Numbered from the stretch's first letter, positions 30,640 to 45,275 are shown. The stretch: 64,000 bases of DNA from the human T2T-CHM13v2.0 reference genome, Homo sapiens (GCF_009914755.1 NC_060933.1), one strand, 5' to 3'. Numbers and translations are program-made. The notes: generated by a model from the sequence alone, not told the origin.

Positions 30640-31000
30640 AGGAAGGAACGTGAATTCTGGAAGAGGGATACGCCCCCGTGTCTCCATACCTCGCTTTTTC
30701 CTCCCACCAATTTCGGAAGTGATTTCTATAACTCCCAGGCCCGGTCTGCAAATTGTCAGCGCTTTTGGAGATCCGGTATTTATTGGGTCGCCACTAGCAA
30801 ACACTCTCAGGGAAAGGACTGGCAATGAATCATCTGTACTAATCCCTGTGTTTTCATCAGTCTTGCTTCGGTGCAAGGGGACAGCCCCGGTTGTTCTTCT
30901 ATATCATCATCACTTTGGTTTCTCTCAAAATGTTTGCTCAGAAAAAGCCCAGAGTTTGGCCTCGGTTCACTTTGGACTTCCAGGGGAATTTCCCGTCCTC
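30640..31000. promoter_or_regulatory. Candidate enhancer (CpG-retaining; CCAAT, ETS and NF-kB motifs)
   Basis: CCAAT 30707-30711, CGGAAGTG 30714-30721, GGGGAATTTCCC 30983-30994. Motif evidence only. Confidence 0.35.
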
Positions 31001-31529
31001 CTTGGACTCCATGGGTGAAGCTGTTTGAACATTCGCTCCTTACTCAGCAGTGCAGATGGCAAAGCCGGTGCCAGCACAGATGTCTTTTGGGATCAAAGAC
31101 AAGCTTAGCAGAGTCACATAATTCGAGACAAGAGATGTGGGAAGGAGTAGTAGTCATTACTCTCCATCTCTCAGCTCTGATTCCAGTGACCCCAAATCAC
31201 CTGTCCCATCATAGTTGACTACATGCTAATCCCTACTTCACCCCCTAACTGGATCTTATAATTCAGCCAAGATCTGGCTGTCTAAAACGTATCTTTGTGC
31301 ACATGCACCCCATATGACCTTACCTGTGGCCCCTGAACTCTGACCACATCACCCCTTCCAAACCTTAGACCCCAGACCCATGATCTCAATTAAACTTAGC
31401 ATCATGACTGGCACATGGCAAAATATCCAAAAATAAGTATTAATGCTAGTGTTTATAATTATACCTCTGATTAACTGAGCACTAATTATACCTCTAATTG
31501 TGCATCAGGCAGTATGCCACCTCTTTTTA

Positions 31530-32101
31530 AAAAAATTTTATTTTTAGTTCTGGGGTAAATGTGCAGGATGTGCAGGTTTGTTGCGTAGGTAAACATGTGC
31601 CATGGTGGTTTGCTGCACCTATCAACCCATCACCTAGGTATTAAGTCCAGCATGCATTAGATATTTTTCCTAATGCTCTTCCTCCCCCCACCCCACCCCC
31701 CGACAGGCCCCAGTGTGTGTTGTTCCACTCCCTGTGCCCATGTGTTCTCATTGTTCAGCTCCCACTTATGAATGAGAACATGCGGTGTCTGGTTTTCTGT
31801 TCCTATGTTAGTTTGCTGAGGATAATGGCTTCCAGCTCCATCCATGTCCCTGCAAAGGACATGATCTTGTTCCTTTTTATGGCTGCAGTAGTATTCCATG
31901 GTGTATATGTGCCACATATTCTTTAGTCTATCATTGATGGGCATTTGGGTAGATTCTATGTCTTTGCTATTGTGAATAGTGCTGCAATGAACATACATAT
32001 GTATGTAATTTGTAATATAATGATTTATATTCTTTTGGATATATACCCAGTAATGGAATTGCTGGGTCAAATGGTATTTCTCGTTCTAGATCTTTGGGGA
32101 A
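31530..32101 (-). mobile_element. 5'-truncated older L1PA 3' end (about L1PA10-16)
   Basis: L1 3' UTR antisense. 14-bp TSD gccacctcttttta at 31516-31529 and 32102-32115. Confidence 0.92.
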
Positions 32102-32464
32102 GCCACCTCTTTTATAAGCACATTCTCACAACTGTGTGAAACAAATAGAAGCTCAGAGATGAAAAGATGTGTCCAAGATAACATAATGTAATGGTGATAA
32201 AAATTGTAATAATAAATTATAATTTCTCTCTTTTAGTCATAGTTTCCTGGCAACCTCCTACCTCCTTCAAATTCATTATTCCAGAGAACAGGTACTTGAC
32301 CTCCTTAGTAAAACCATATCCTTGCAAACTGGTTCTTATAGAGAAGAAAATAATTTGCTGAATTCATGTATCTCTCATTTGTCATATCAAATACTAAGCA
32401 CAGAAGACTCCTCAACATTTACCTCTGTATACCATTAAGGCTCAGCATGAGGTTGGCTCAAGTG

Positions 32465-32947
32465 GTATTAGTCAGGGTTCTCTAGAGAAACAGAACCAAT
32501 GGGAGATATATATATGAATGAAACAGAATGCATTGAATATTCAGAGAATATTCAGAGAGAGAGGGAGAGAGAGAGAAAGAGAGGGAGATTTGGGTGGAGG
32601 AGCTGTTTAATAACTGGCTTGCATGATTATGAAGGCTGGCAAATCCCAAATCTGCAAGGTGGGCCAGCCCACTAGAGACCCAGAGAAGAGTTGATGGTGT
32701 ACCTCCAGTCTGGAGGCCATTTGCTGGCAGAATTCCTACTTCCTCAAGAGAAGGCAATCTTTTTCTTAAGGCCTTCAACTGATTGGATCACCCACATTAT
32801 GTAGGGTCATCTGCTTTACTCAAAAATCTACTGATTTAATGTCAATCTTATCTATAAAATAGCTTCACGGCAACATCCAGACATGTTTGACCAAATATCT
32901 GGGTACTGTGGCCTAGTTACGTTGACACATAAAATTAGCCATCACAG
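32465..32947 (-). mobile_element. MLT2 (ERVL) solo LTR
   Basis: tattagtcagggttctctagagaaacagaacc...internal (GA)n...gttgacacataaaattagccatcaca. Confidence 0.88.
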
Positions 32948-33794
32948 CAGCCTAGGATTTTATGGAAAGGAGAAGGCAGAGCAGGAGGAAAGAGAGAGGA
33001 TGGAACCGTCCCGTATTCTAGTTTGTAACTGCCTGGGCACTTGAACAACAAAAGAGAAGTGCTTAAGATAAATGAAGCAGGTATCCAGAACAGAGGGTGG
33101 TTCTTGCTTCTACTCTGCTTGGGGAGCTGCCAGGAAAAGCCACTTCACAGGACGCTGCAGTAATATCAGGCAGCTCCCCCAGAGAACATGGCGGTGTAGT
33201 GTCTGCCAATCCAAGAAAGTCTCAGCAGTTTAGCTTTCTCAAACTGTTCTTGGTTCCTGTGTGCCATGGACAAGACCTAGAAGCAGCTGAGAGCTTCTAG
33301 GGAGTATGATGCTCATTAGAGGGTCTCACCATAGCAGGGCCAAAGTGGCTCTGTAGTGAAGGCTGCACAGACAACAAACCATCTGACCTGAGGCTGAATG
33401 GATCCATGGAAAGTCCCCAGAAAGGTCTGGAAGTAGTGTGGCTGAGTTAGCCAGGGAGCACCTGGACTTTGCCCAAAAAGAGACAGCAGACTCCAAGTTT
33501 CATCTGCCAAAGACTTCGGTTGCAAACACGCAAACACTAGCAGGGCAGATGCAAATAGGTCAACAGTGTTCCTTCTGACACCAGCATTCAACAGGCTCTG
33601 TGACTCAGGGCTCCAACACACAGAAGGCACCAAGGAGAGGAGCTGGTGACGGCCGGAAGAAAAACCATAAAGATTGGACTTTTTTTTTTTTTTTTCTAGA
33701 GAGACTAAAAAGTTCCTAAAGGGACTATTTAAAATTATTGGCTCAAACTAAGAATAAACTACACAGAATTCATTTTTTTATTTTTGTCACAAAA

Positions 33795-34085
33795 TTTTTA
33801 TTTTTGAGACAGGATCTCACTCTTTCACCCAGGCTGGAGTGCAATGCGTTATCGCAGCTCACTACAAGCCTTGATCTGTTGGGCTCAAGTGATCCTCCTG
33901 CCTCAGCCTCCCAAGTAGCTGGGACTACAGATGCATGCCACCAAGTCCAGTTATTTTATATTTTTTTATTTTCAGTAGAGAGGAGGTCTTGCCCAGGCTG
34001 CTCTCAAACTCCTGGGCTTGAGCAATCCTTCCGACTTGGACTCCCAAAGTGCTGGGATTATAGGCGTGAGCCATCGCACCTGGCC
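33795..34085 (-). mobile_element. Alu (AluJ-like)
   Basis: Antisense dimer. Confidence 0.92.
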
Positions 34086-35408
34086 AAACCGTATAGAATT
34101 TAAAGTCTACACTTTATCTGCTAACTGAAATGAAGACTTAGATTCATTAGACAAAGCAATATATATCAGAGTTGAAGTGTGGGTACACTTGTGAACTTGT
34201 CGCAGTGGTAAGTGGTAAATACAGAAGTTTGAAAATCAGGTCTGTGTAACTTCAAACTGTGCTGTCTCCTGTACAGTGTCATTGCGGTGAACTGACAGTC
34301 CCCAAGAGCCTTCATCACCACTGGCTAACCTGCCTCGATCCTGTTCTCTAGCCAGGGCCTTCTGAGGTTTCCTTAAGGTCAACTTAGGCTAACAGGTGAA
34401 GGACACTTTCACTTCTTTGTATGACCCACTGCTATACTTTCTAACTTTTATTTTGAGAAACTTATAAAAAATACAGAAGAGCATTCATAATACGATCAAT
34501 CACACATATTGCCACTATCCAAATTAACAAATGTTAGGATCTTATCATATTTCCTTCTAGCCTTATCGTATTTTCTTCTGATGTTTAAAAACATCAGGAA
34601 AACATTGCAGATGAAAATACTGTTTCCTTTGACTATGATCCCTGGACTCATTTTCCTTCTACCTTTCCCAGAAACAACCAGGTTCATAATTTGATGTGGA
34701 TTCTAGTCCATTAAAAATATATAGCTTTTTGCACACAAATCACACTAATGCATGCATCTATGAAAAATACAAAACATTTTGTGTGTTTCAAATTTAATTA
34801 AATGGTATCCAACTGTATATAATTTGATCACTGCATTTTCACTTAATCTTAGCTTTAAAGACTACATGTTAATGATTCTAGTTATTCATCTGCTACATTT
34901 TATTTGCTCTCCTTTTGATGGACATTTGATTTTTTTCAATTGCTTATAATTTATAGCTGGAATTCTTGTGGACATCTCTGTATATGTTTCTATGAACATC
35001 TGTATGTGTCTACCTTTGGTATGCTTCTGGAATGGGAAAGCCTGGCTTTCTCATACTCGTATGAGGTAGTTATCACACTAGGAGCTCAATAATTTGTGTG
35101 TGCCCCTGTCTGTCCACCTAGACACTGAGTTCCTTGAGATCAGGGGCCATGTTTTATTCATCTCTGTATTACCAGTGTCTGACATATGATTTTGAAGTAA
35201 ATGAATAAACACAAGCAAAAATGAGATGCCTGCATCCCTCCCTCTGTTTCACAAAATAGATTCATCCTCACCCTGGCATGATGAGAGTAAAGGGAATTCC
35301 CTTCTGCAACTTACCATGTGCATTACTCACAGGATTGCATTTAATGACCACAAGTTTCTGAGATGTACCACTTTACAAGTGATGAAACTGAGGCTTAGAA
35401 AGGTGAAA

Positions 35409-35665
35409 CATTTGGGAAGCTGAGGCAGACAGATCACTCGAGGTCAGGAGGTCGAGACAAGCCTGGCCAACATGTTGAAACCTTGTCTCTACTAAAAATA
35501 CCAAAAAAAAAAAAAAAAAAAAATTAAGCGGGCATGGTGGTGTGCGCCTGTAGTTCCAGCTACTCAGGAGGCTGAGCCAGGAGAATCACTTGAACCCAGG
35601 AGGCAGAGGTTGCAGTGAGCCAAGATCATGCCACTGCACTCCAGCCTAGGTGACAGAGTAAGACA
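35409..35665 (+). mobile_element. Alu lacking its 5' ~35 nt and poly(A) tail, inside an antisense MIR (about 35290-35730)
   Basis: Starts at catttgggaagctgagg and stops at gagtaagac. MIR sequence on both sides. Confidence 0.9.
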
Positions 35666-37729
35666 CGGCCAGTAAGGAGTAAGGGTGAGAAATGAACCCA
35701 GACCTGCCCAAATCCAGCACCTATGGCCTCTCCATTCTCATTTGCTCCCTCTCAAACCATCGGACGTGTGCTGTGGAAACATTCTGATCTTTTGCCTTCA
35801 TAAACATGACATCAGCTTGAACAATTCTCTCCCCTTCGATATAATTTTTTTCCCCTCAGAGTCTGGGGAAATTACCTTCATTAATTATCCCACAGCTTTG
35901 ACTAATTAACTCACATCCTTCTCTCTTGTGCTTTGAATCTACGTGTTAGAATCCTAAAATGTTAGCAGGATGCTTTGGTATAAGTGAGGCCAACCTCTTC
36001 ATTTTAGAGATGGAGTGGATGGCACATGGATAAGGAGACAAATTGCATTAGAAGCTGAGTCAGCCCCGGGTCTCCTGGGACTGGGTCTGGTGCCCTGTGA
36101 TCAGTCTTTTAGATTATCTGATGGAAGTGGCTCTCCTCCGACAGGGAGGAGAACTAGGTAATGTATGGGTTTGCCTTCTCACTGATATTCAGAGTAATAG
36201 AGAAGAGACTGAACAAGGATCAGGGTCCGGGAACCAAGGAACATTCTATCAGTGAAATCCAGCTTGGAAAGCACTGGATATAATCTCCAAAGGAGATTCT
36301 GAATTTGCTGGACTAAAGTCAGAGGAGAAAGCAGGCTTGACTGCAGAAGGAATATATTAGTCAGGGCAGGCTTACTGCTGTAGCAAACAGCTCCATAAGC
36401 TCAATGGCGTACCACTATAAAAATGTATTGTTTGCTCATTGCTTCTGTTGTGTTTGATCTCTGCTCTGTGCAGTTGTTCAGGAGTGCTCTTTCCATCTTT
36501 GGACTCTTCCCTCTCCAACACCCAGTACATAAAGTCAGCACCAGCGGGTATAGGAAGCCCATGGTTAGTCCAGGCGAGTCTGGGGCAGAGCTTAGACTAG
36601 AGCAGGCATTCCTGGTTTCATGTCCAGTGACTGGTATTTCTACCACACCGTCCTGCCTTTCAACATCTCTGCTCCTCAGGTTGCTCCTCTCTGAAGTGGG
36701 AATTATATAGCCTGCTCTGCCCACCCCTAGGGTTGTGAGTTCAGGTGCTAGAATTGTTTTTGTAAATGGGTGCATACTGTGCAAATATAAGGATGGCTGT
36801 GGTTTCTTTTTTACATGACATGTAGCCAAGCATCCTGCTTGCCCCTACCTGGGGTCCTTTCCCTTACAGCTTTGAAAGTAGAAGACAAATTTGAGAAACA
36901 TTCCTCATAAATGGGAAGACAGCTGTAATGTGTCCTGTCAGGACTTAGTCTGTGGCACAGGAAATATCTCCTTTCAGGCGGTGCCGGTGGACCCATGTCG
37001 TGTGTGCACTTTGACACTGAGGGTCAGTTCCTACCTTTCCCAGGCCCTCCCACCTTCAGCCATCAAGCTTATATCCTGGGGGTCAGTCATTGACCTTGAA
37101 CCTTGGCTGCAGCACCATCAGACCCTGGCAGGGTAGTTGGTTGTCTTGAGCATGGAATTTGGAATCCAGTAACTCTGGATTAAACCTTCATTCTAGTGTT
37201 TAGTGGCCTCACTTTCCTCATCTATAAATGGGGAGAATAACTTATAAGGTAGTTTTGAAGTCTAAGTGAGCTCATTATGAAAACTGCTTAGCAGACTGAC
37301 TGTAAATAGACAGCATTCAGGAAAGTTGCGGTTATTTTCATGCCATATCCAATGTGCTAGAGATGAGTTCTGGGTGCTTGCATAATGGTTGAGTCAGACC
37401 TGCATCTTGTGGCTTCCCTGTTGGCCCTGTTTCTATGAGCAGCCTTCTGGCTCAGTGTCCCTTTCCTGCCAGTCCCAATTCCTGCCCTGAGCCTTAGTCA
37501 TCTTAGTTGACGTCTAAAGACTATGTAGCCCTGGTGAGGCCAGAACCTATGCCGCCTCCAGCACTCCCCAACCCTGTCTGCTGGCTTCCCATGGTAGGCT
37601 CCATCACCTGACTGCCTGGGTACAGAGGACTGAAATGTAAAGCTTTTCCTGAAGCTGTTCACTGTTTGGCCCACATAGACCTAACTGATTTGGTCTCCTA
37701 TGGATTTCCTGGTTCTCACTATGTAACCA

Positions 37730-38110
37730 CAGTGAGCTTCTGCCTCAGCTCGTTAGGCCTAAAGAAGAGCCTGAGACAAGGGCTTGGGAGGTGCCCCCAG
37801 GATATAGGGGTGAGGGACCAGGAGTGAGGGTAAGACAGGGAGGGAGGAAAAGCCAATATGTGCTATACTTAATTAGTTCCTGCTCTGGGCAACCGTGGAT
37901 CCCCATGAGGCCCCTTCTGAATTGTCCTGTAGGAGCCTGGGACATTTATCCACTGGTCTTCTCCCTCACTAGCTGACGTTCCACTTTGAAAATATTTCTG
38001 GCTCAGATCTGAGTGGGCTTCCCATACTCTTGAGAAAGCCCTAAGGCAGAGAAGTGGAGAGCCTTAGAGGCACATGCTTGCAGGAGAACCTGACCACTGC
38101 ATCAGCTCTG
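37730..38110 (-). mobile_element. Old ERVL LTR relic (LTR16/LTR33-like)
   Basis: agagcctgagacaagggcttg...agacagggagggaggaaaagccaat...gggcaac motifs. Confidence 0.5.
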
Positions 38111-38340
38111 AAATCAGAGATGATATGAACACAAAAATGTCAGCAGAAGCCGTTTTACTCAGCAAGCTGCTTCCTCGCCAGGCTTTGTGCATGAACTATG
38201 CCACGGACCACATTGAAGGTCTAGGATCATGTTGCCTTTTCAGAGAGGTCTTTCTTGACCTCCTATTTGAAGGTGCCTACCTGTGGTTACTCCATCCCAA
38301 GCAATTTCATTCCTGTGACCCTTTTCTAGCATCCTAGCTA

Positions 38341-38833
<493 letters not shown>

Positions 38834-41800
38834 TTAGAGTAGAAGACGTCAAGAGGTGAGGGGAGCAAATCATGAGACGACCAGACAGCTCAGTGTTATT
38901 TGCAGACAATGTTGGGCTGATAGGAAGCTCTCTTGGGAATGGAAAAGATGCATCTTCTGGTCCCGGTTTAGGCCTATGTAACAGCGCTTCTCTGTATGGG
39001 GTTTTGCTCCCTCAGTGTGGCCATGGAAGGATAGGAGAAGTGACCACTTCCTTACACACCTCAATGAAGATATATGTCCATCTGCTTGCAGTTTGTTTCC
39101 AAACTCTGAAGGCAGCGAGATTCTCGGACCTGGAAATAGGCTCTTCTGAGTCTTGCTGCAAAGAAAAATGGCTTCTGTAGACACTTCGTATGCAGCTTTC
39201 AGTGGCCCCTGGGATTTGGGAGACTCCAGACTGGAGAACAGCAGGGTATGCCTTCTGTGGACTAGTTTCCAAGCTGCTAGTGAGAGAGCCTTTTCTCCAT
39301 CAGGCCAGCTCAGCAAGACCTACTCGGCTGAATACAGTGTGAGTCACTCTCCAGACTGTGGTCAGGAGCTGAGGCTGCAGGTTTCCCTTTACAGTGACCT
39401 CATAATCCCTGTCTCAATTCCCCCATGCTGCAGAAAAAAAAAAATCTCCATTCTTCAGGAGAAGTCTGCAGAATGATGTGCCTGGCTTGTAGGCAGAGAA
39501 GACATTAGGTTGCTTGTCCTTTCATCCTGTAGGTTTGTTTCTCCTTCAAGCAGAATTGCAACATGAAATGATCTCTCTTCTCAGCTTTTTTTCTTGCTGC
39601 GGTCAGGTTCTGCAGTTTCTGATGGTGGAATTTCCATGATAGAAGGAAAATGGGATTTACTCCTTATCATTACTGTAGGCATCCAGACTGTGTGGGCTGA
39701 CTTTTTGCACCATTAACAGTGTATTGATTACGCTCATAGCCATCTTCACAGCTCCAAGATAATGGGGTTCTAAATGAAAGCGCTCCATTTTAATCCTAAT
39801 TGTATTAAGTGGTGCACGTCCTCAATGATGTAGTTTTAAAATTAACTAACCTCTCTGTGTCACAGTTTCCTTCTTTGTATAATGGAGATTATAATACTAC
39901 TTGCCTGATATGATTTTTGTGAGGATTAAGTGAGTTTTTACATGAGAAACACTTATAAAAGTGCTGGCATATGCCAGAAACTGTGATAAGTGTTTGATGT
40001 TATTATTTTTAGCATCAGCATGCATTTAAAGATGGTGAATCTGAGGAAAAGAAGTCACATATCTTTTTAAAAGTGGTAATCTGTAAGCAATTTCATGTTT
40101 TTAATATTCTTCTATAGTACGTTTTTGCAGAAGGACTTGCAATGGTTTATGGATTAAAGAGAAAGCAGTGTTCAATCATTGGGAAGAAAAAGAGAACAGA
40201 GACCAGTGGAAGAAACTAGAACAAATTATGCCATAGACATAAATGTGATGATTGGAATAAGTGGCCAATGAGTTCGTCCTTACTTACCCTGCAGCTAAAG
40301 AAGCTGGTTGACACATATTTCATTTCCTGATTACAGCATCAAATACATTCATTTTCAGAAATAAATTCTTTGGGGGCTTGGTGGGGCAGATGCCGTAGGA
40401 ATCTACCACGTGGTTCCCTTAAGTATAAATGACTTTGAATACATTTTATTGTATCTCCTTGTTTAGCTTTACTATGAAGAGCTGTTAAAGATGTGAACCT
40501 CTGGAAGATCAAGGACTTTGCCTTATGGAATGCAAATAACCAAAGTAGAAATCATGGTATAAATGAAAGACAAATACAAGTGTTGGCTGCAGAGTGCTAT
40601 CTCATACTTAGCAGGGATGTACTTAAGTCTTACATTTGCTTCCTTCCCTCTGTCCTCAAACTCCTCCATAAAGCACTTGATCTATCTGTCTGCTCTTCCT
40701 CCTAAATTAACTGAGAGCATTTGTATTAGTTCCACTTGTTAAGCAGCCAGTCAAATGGTTATTGATCATTTACTTTGTGTGAAGGATGTCTGTAGAGAGT
40801 CAAGGGAGATACAATTTACTGGGCACCAATTATATGCCAGACACAGACTGGGACACTTTATATACACCACTGCATTTGTTGCAATCATATGAAATAGTTA
40901 TTATTATTTCTGATTTACATATGACAAAATTTGTATCTCAGAGACATTGTGTAATGTGAGCAAAGTCACATGGCTACTTTCATAGCAAAACCAGGACTTC
41001 AAACCATCCATCAATTGATTCATTCATTGATTTTGCATATTGCTATCATCTTTGCCATGTACTGCTGATACAAAAAATGCTAAGGAATGATTCCTGCCTC
41101 CAACACACCCTCAATCTGGTCAAAGAGGCAATTTCCTGACTCCATGCCCAGAAGTCTTAGGTATAACCCAATCTCAAGCCTTGGTTTTGAAGACATGTGT
41201 TACATGATATACATCCAGCTATTTAAATGTCAATTGAATGCCCTTGGGAATTATGTGGGAAAAAAGAAAAGGATTCAGTGGTGACTGAGGCTGGAGGCTG
41301 AATGCTATTAAAACATCATATCTCTTTTTACACTAAAGGTCTCCTTTACAGGGATGAAGTCTTTGAGCAAGACTCTTGTAACTTTCTAAGTAAAGTTTAG
41401 ACAGTCTCACCTAAAAGTGAAGTTTTGCCTGGAGCAATCTCTTGCAGAAATTATCCTGATCCAGGAGGCAGTGATATTCTCCTGCAATGTAACATGGCCG
41501 AGGCTGCAGATTTCTTTTCCAGTAAGGAGCTTGCTTTGGAGAAACTAATTAAACCTGGAATTTTTAGAAGGCTTAGGGTTTTGTCAACTTGCAATTATGG
41601 ATCCTTACCAGCATGTTCCCTGAGGGAAGGACTCTGCCTGTGCAGGGGAACAGTCAGCACTTCTGTGTTTATTCTCCTTTCTGTCTCCCCCAGGAGTCAT
41701 CTTCTTAAGAATAACATCTGTGTTTTGTGATGTCTTGACTCTTTCATGATTGTCCTTCCTTTTGTGGCATTTGAAACTCAGGCTGGAGACTGAAAACCTG

Positions 41801-43439
41801 GAATAGAAACGTTTTTTGACAGCTTTCATGCAACAACTAACTCGACAAGAGGTAAGCACACTTTAGGGCTGGAGGGAATATTACAATACCACTTTATTGA
41901 ATGTCTGAACCACCCCCAAGACCTAGAGTTCTTCCAATATCTTCCAGTATCACTTCTATAACAGCTTGTTTGTTCTTTGGATGGCTTTGGTTATTCAAAG
42001 TTCTTTTCTTATTGGAGTGCAGTTTGTTCCCTTACAGATTTCATCATCAGATTCTAGTTCTTCTCTGTCACACAATAGAGTATGTCTGTTCTCTCCTCTC
42101 CATGACAGATGTGCAGAGATTTTAAGACAGAGACTATGTCCCTGCTTATTATTCCATTTTTTTTCTAAAGAGGTGGAGTTTCTGGTTGTCTCACTATCCT
42201 GGTGGTCTAAATATGCTTCATTCTAAGGATGATAAATATATTAGTAAGACACATCTATTAATTGAATGGAAACTTCTTTCCTGGTAGCCTGGTCGTGACC
42301 TCTGAATCCTTTCCAATAACCTCCAGGCAGCTATTATAAATTTATTTCTTAATATAGAGATCTTAATTGTGCAACTACTATGTTCAAGTGCTATGCATTG
42401 GGGATGCAGCATTGGAGATGGAGTGCTGAACACCGCAGCCTGCTCTGGAGCTAACCGAGACTTGCAAAAGAAAGATGAGCACTGAGCTGAAGGCTCTTTG
42501 ATACCTTTGAATGTGGCTTTTTGGTGGAGACACATTTTCAAATCTGACTCTGATGCTCACCTGAAGGGTGTCCAGGTGGAGAGTGATCCTCAGCTCCTGC
42601 TGAGCTGGGTCTACTGTGTCTCTTTCCCAAACCACTTTCACACCCAGAAGATCTGCTCTGCCTTGTTCTTTGCTGGCTACTCAGAAAGCCCTGGTGGCAG
42701 AAAAATACATGAAAAGCCGATGCCTCTGGGGATAAGCAAAGCTTCATTTTACACTGGGAAACAGAGGCCTTTATTGGAGAAGCTGTTGAGAGCATAATCA
42801 AGTGAATCCAGTGTAGCTACACTCCTACCATACCTGGGAAATTCCCCCTTGCTCTCTGCCCCCATCATCTGAGTAATCTATTTTAGTTAAAGATGGTAAA
42901 TCAAAGGCTTGAAAGGTCAATTAATTTTGCCCCCTTTCCCACTGATCCATGAGAAATGGTGATTCTCAGTGTAAGGACCTCTGTCCTAAATTGAGAGAAT
43001 GCTCTCCAAGAGACCACGTATGAAGTCTCTGGAGAAGTTATTCTGGTTGGAAATATAACAGGTTCTGTTTTTGAAATGACCGATATTTATGGTTTTTTTT
43101 TTTCTCTAAATATCCTGCTGGATCTCTCAATTGTCAAACAATCTCTGCCCATTAACTCGTCCTTCCTTAGGAGAGGCTGCCTCTGTTAGTTCTTAGTAGA
43201 ACAATTCCTTTGCTGTTTCTTTAAATTACATTCTTAGGTTCCTATCTGTTGAGGTCATGGTGTGGGGTGAGTGAGAACTGAATTCAAATCTACAATGATT
43301 ACCTGGTGGCTTCAGGAAAATCACTTCCTTTCTGAGTTTGTGTCAGCTTTAAAATGATGATCTGGGAATATAGTTGGCACTCAACAAATTGAATAGACAA
43401 TAAGTGAGGCTACAGATGGCTGCATTCTCCTCTTAGGTC

Positions 43440-44050
43440 ATATATTCAGTCAACACGTAATGATTGAGAAATAATAGAACAGGCTCTGTTCTGGGTGCTA
43501 GGGCCACGGCAGGGGGAAACATACAAAGTGCCTGCTGTCATGGAGCTTGACTCCTAGAAAGCATGCACATACATAGGTAAGCCAGTACTGTGTCAGGTGG
43601 AAAATGCACTATGAGTACTGGGAATGGGGAGGGTTGTTTGTGTGTGCATGTGTGATCTTGCACATATAGGTGTGATGTGTGTGTGTTTATGTAGGATGAT
43701 GAGGATGGTCTCGCTGAGAAGATAACATTGGAGATGGCTGAAAGAAATGAGTGAGCCATGCATGTGTTAGAGGAAAGAGCATTCCAGGAGAAGGGTTTGC
43801 TGTGGGAGTGCGCTTGCTGGGTTTGAAACAGCAGGGAGGCAGCGTGTCTAGAGTATCATGAGAGGGGGGTTGAGGTCAGGGAATATAGGCCTTGAAGGCT
43901 ACTGTGATGTCTCAGGCTACTTTCCTCTGAGCCGTAAGGCCGGCATTGGAGGGGTTCAGCAGTGGAGTAGTAGACCACAGCTCAGTGTTCCTACAGGACC
44001 GCTCTACAGCTCTTTGGGGTCATAGACTGGCTCTAGGAGGCAAGTGCTGG
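43440..44050 (-). mobile_element. L2 relic
   Basis: caggctctgttctgggtgctaggg...cctgctgtcatggagctt...gaaatgagtgagccatg...gaaagagcattccagg. Confidence 0.7.
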
Positions 44051-45275
44051 GGACACAAGGCCCTTGACTTTATTCTCAACATTGCCCAAGCTGCTTAGAA
44101 TAATCCACGGGGATCATCACCTAAACCAGGCTTCAGAGATGTAAAGGAAAACAACAGCAACAGCAACAGCAACAGGAACAAGTCCACATTTTTAGATGTG
44201 CCTCACCCTGTGCTAGTGAGTTAAGTGTCAGGGCAGGAGGATCAAAGCCTTCTTGCTAAGGGGCCAGAAACAAGCCAAAGGGACAAGCACAGAACAACAA
44301 AAAATGTGCATGTTGGGCCTTCACAACCAACAATACGGTGCTGTCAAATCAGGTGAATGAGTGATGGGACATGGATACAATGGAGGCATTAAACATGTTA
44401 GACAACGGTTGGTGGTCCTTGCCAAACCTGAATGGAGACTGGACAAAGGCCAGAAACTCCCTGTGTCTCATGTTCCTGTCCCCCCACCCCAGTGTACACC
44501 TGCAAGAGGTGATCAGTGAGGTGGTAGGGTGAGGGTGCTCGTTTTTGTGTAGCAGATGGGGAGTCAAGAACATAAAAGGAGGCCTGCCAAGTTCCTTCCC
44601 ACTTCTGGGAAGGGTTCTAGCCTCTTATTGAGAGAAGGATTAGCATGAAGGCAAAGTTGTTTACCTAAAGATGTCTATGAGCCTAAGAAGTCCGGTAGAC
44701 ATCAGCCCCATCCACTTCAACACATCTACCAGGAGTGCCTGGTTAGTGCCCTCCCGAAGCCAGGTGGAGGCTGCCATCTGCTGGTTGACTTGAGGATTTT
44801 TACCCAAATGTTTAGTTTGCCTTTCAATTTTTAGTGAGACAAACCTGTGTTGACAGCATTTTCTCCAGGCAAGATGCTGTCGGTTTTCTCTTTTAAACTA
44901 TCACAGATTCTCATCAGGGTAGGTACACTTCATGATCATTTTGATGGATGCTCAGAAGAATTAAGCAATTAGACCAAGATGATCCAGTAATTGGAAAACA
45001 TGGGATTTGAGCTCAGCTCTCACTAAAAAGATGGTGACTGTAAAGAAATTGTTATAAACACGTTGGCTTTGCAAACTGTAAAGTGTTATGAGGGAACCAG
45101 TAAATGGCAGGTGCTCCAAGTGTCCTAATTGGAAGAGTGAATGAAAGAATAATTGTGCAGAAGGATGTTCCTTAAGGCATTGTGACTCAAGGAGTCAGAG
45201 AACCCAGCTTTGACACTTGGAGGCTGAGTGAACTTGGGGGAAGTCATTTCACTACTCTGAGAAACAATTTCTTAA

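Noticed and set aside
38870-39476. Cluster of overlapping 86-148 aa ORFs in unique sequence (similarly 36401-36829 and 30650-31218)
   Set aside because: No recognisable domain, mostly non-ATG starts and no supporting exon chain. Consistent with chance ORFs.
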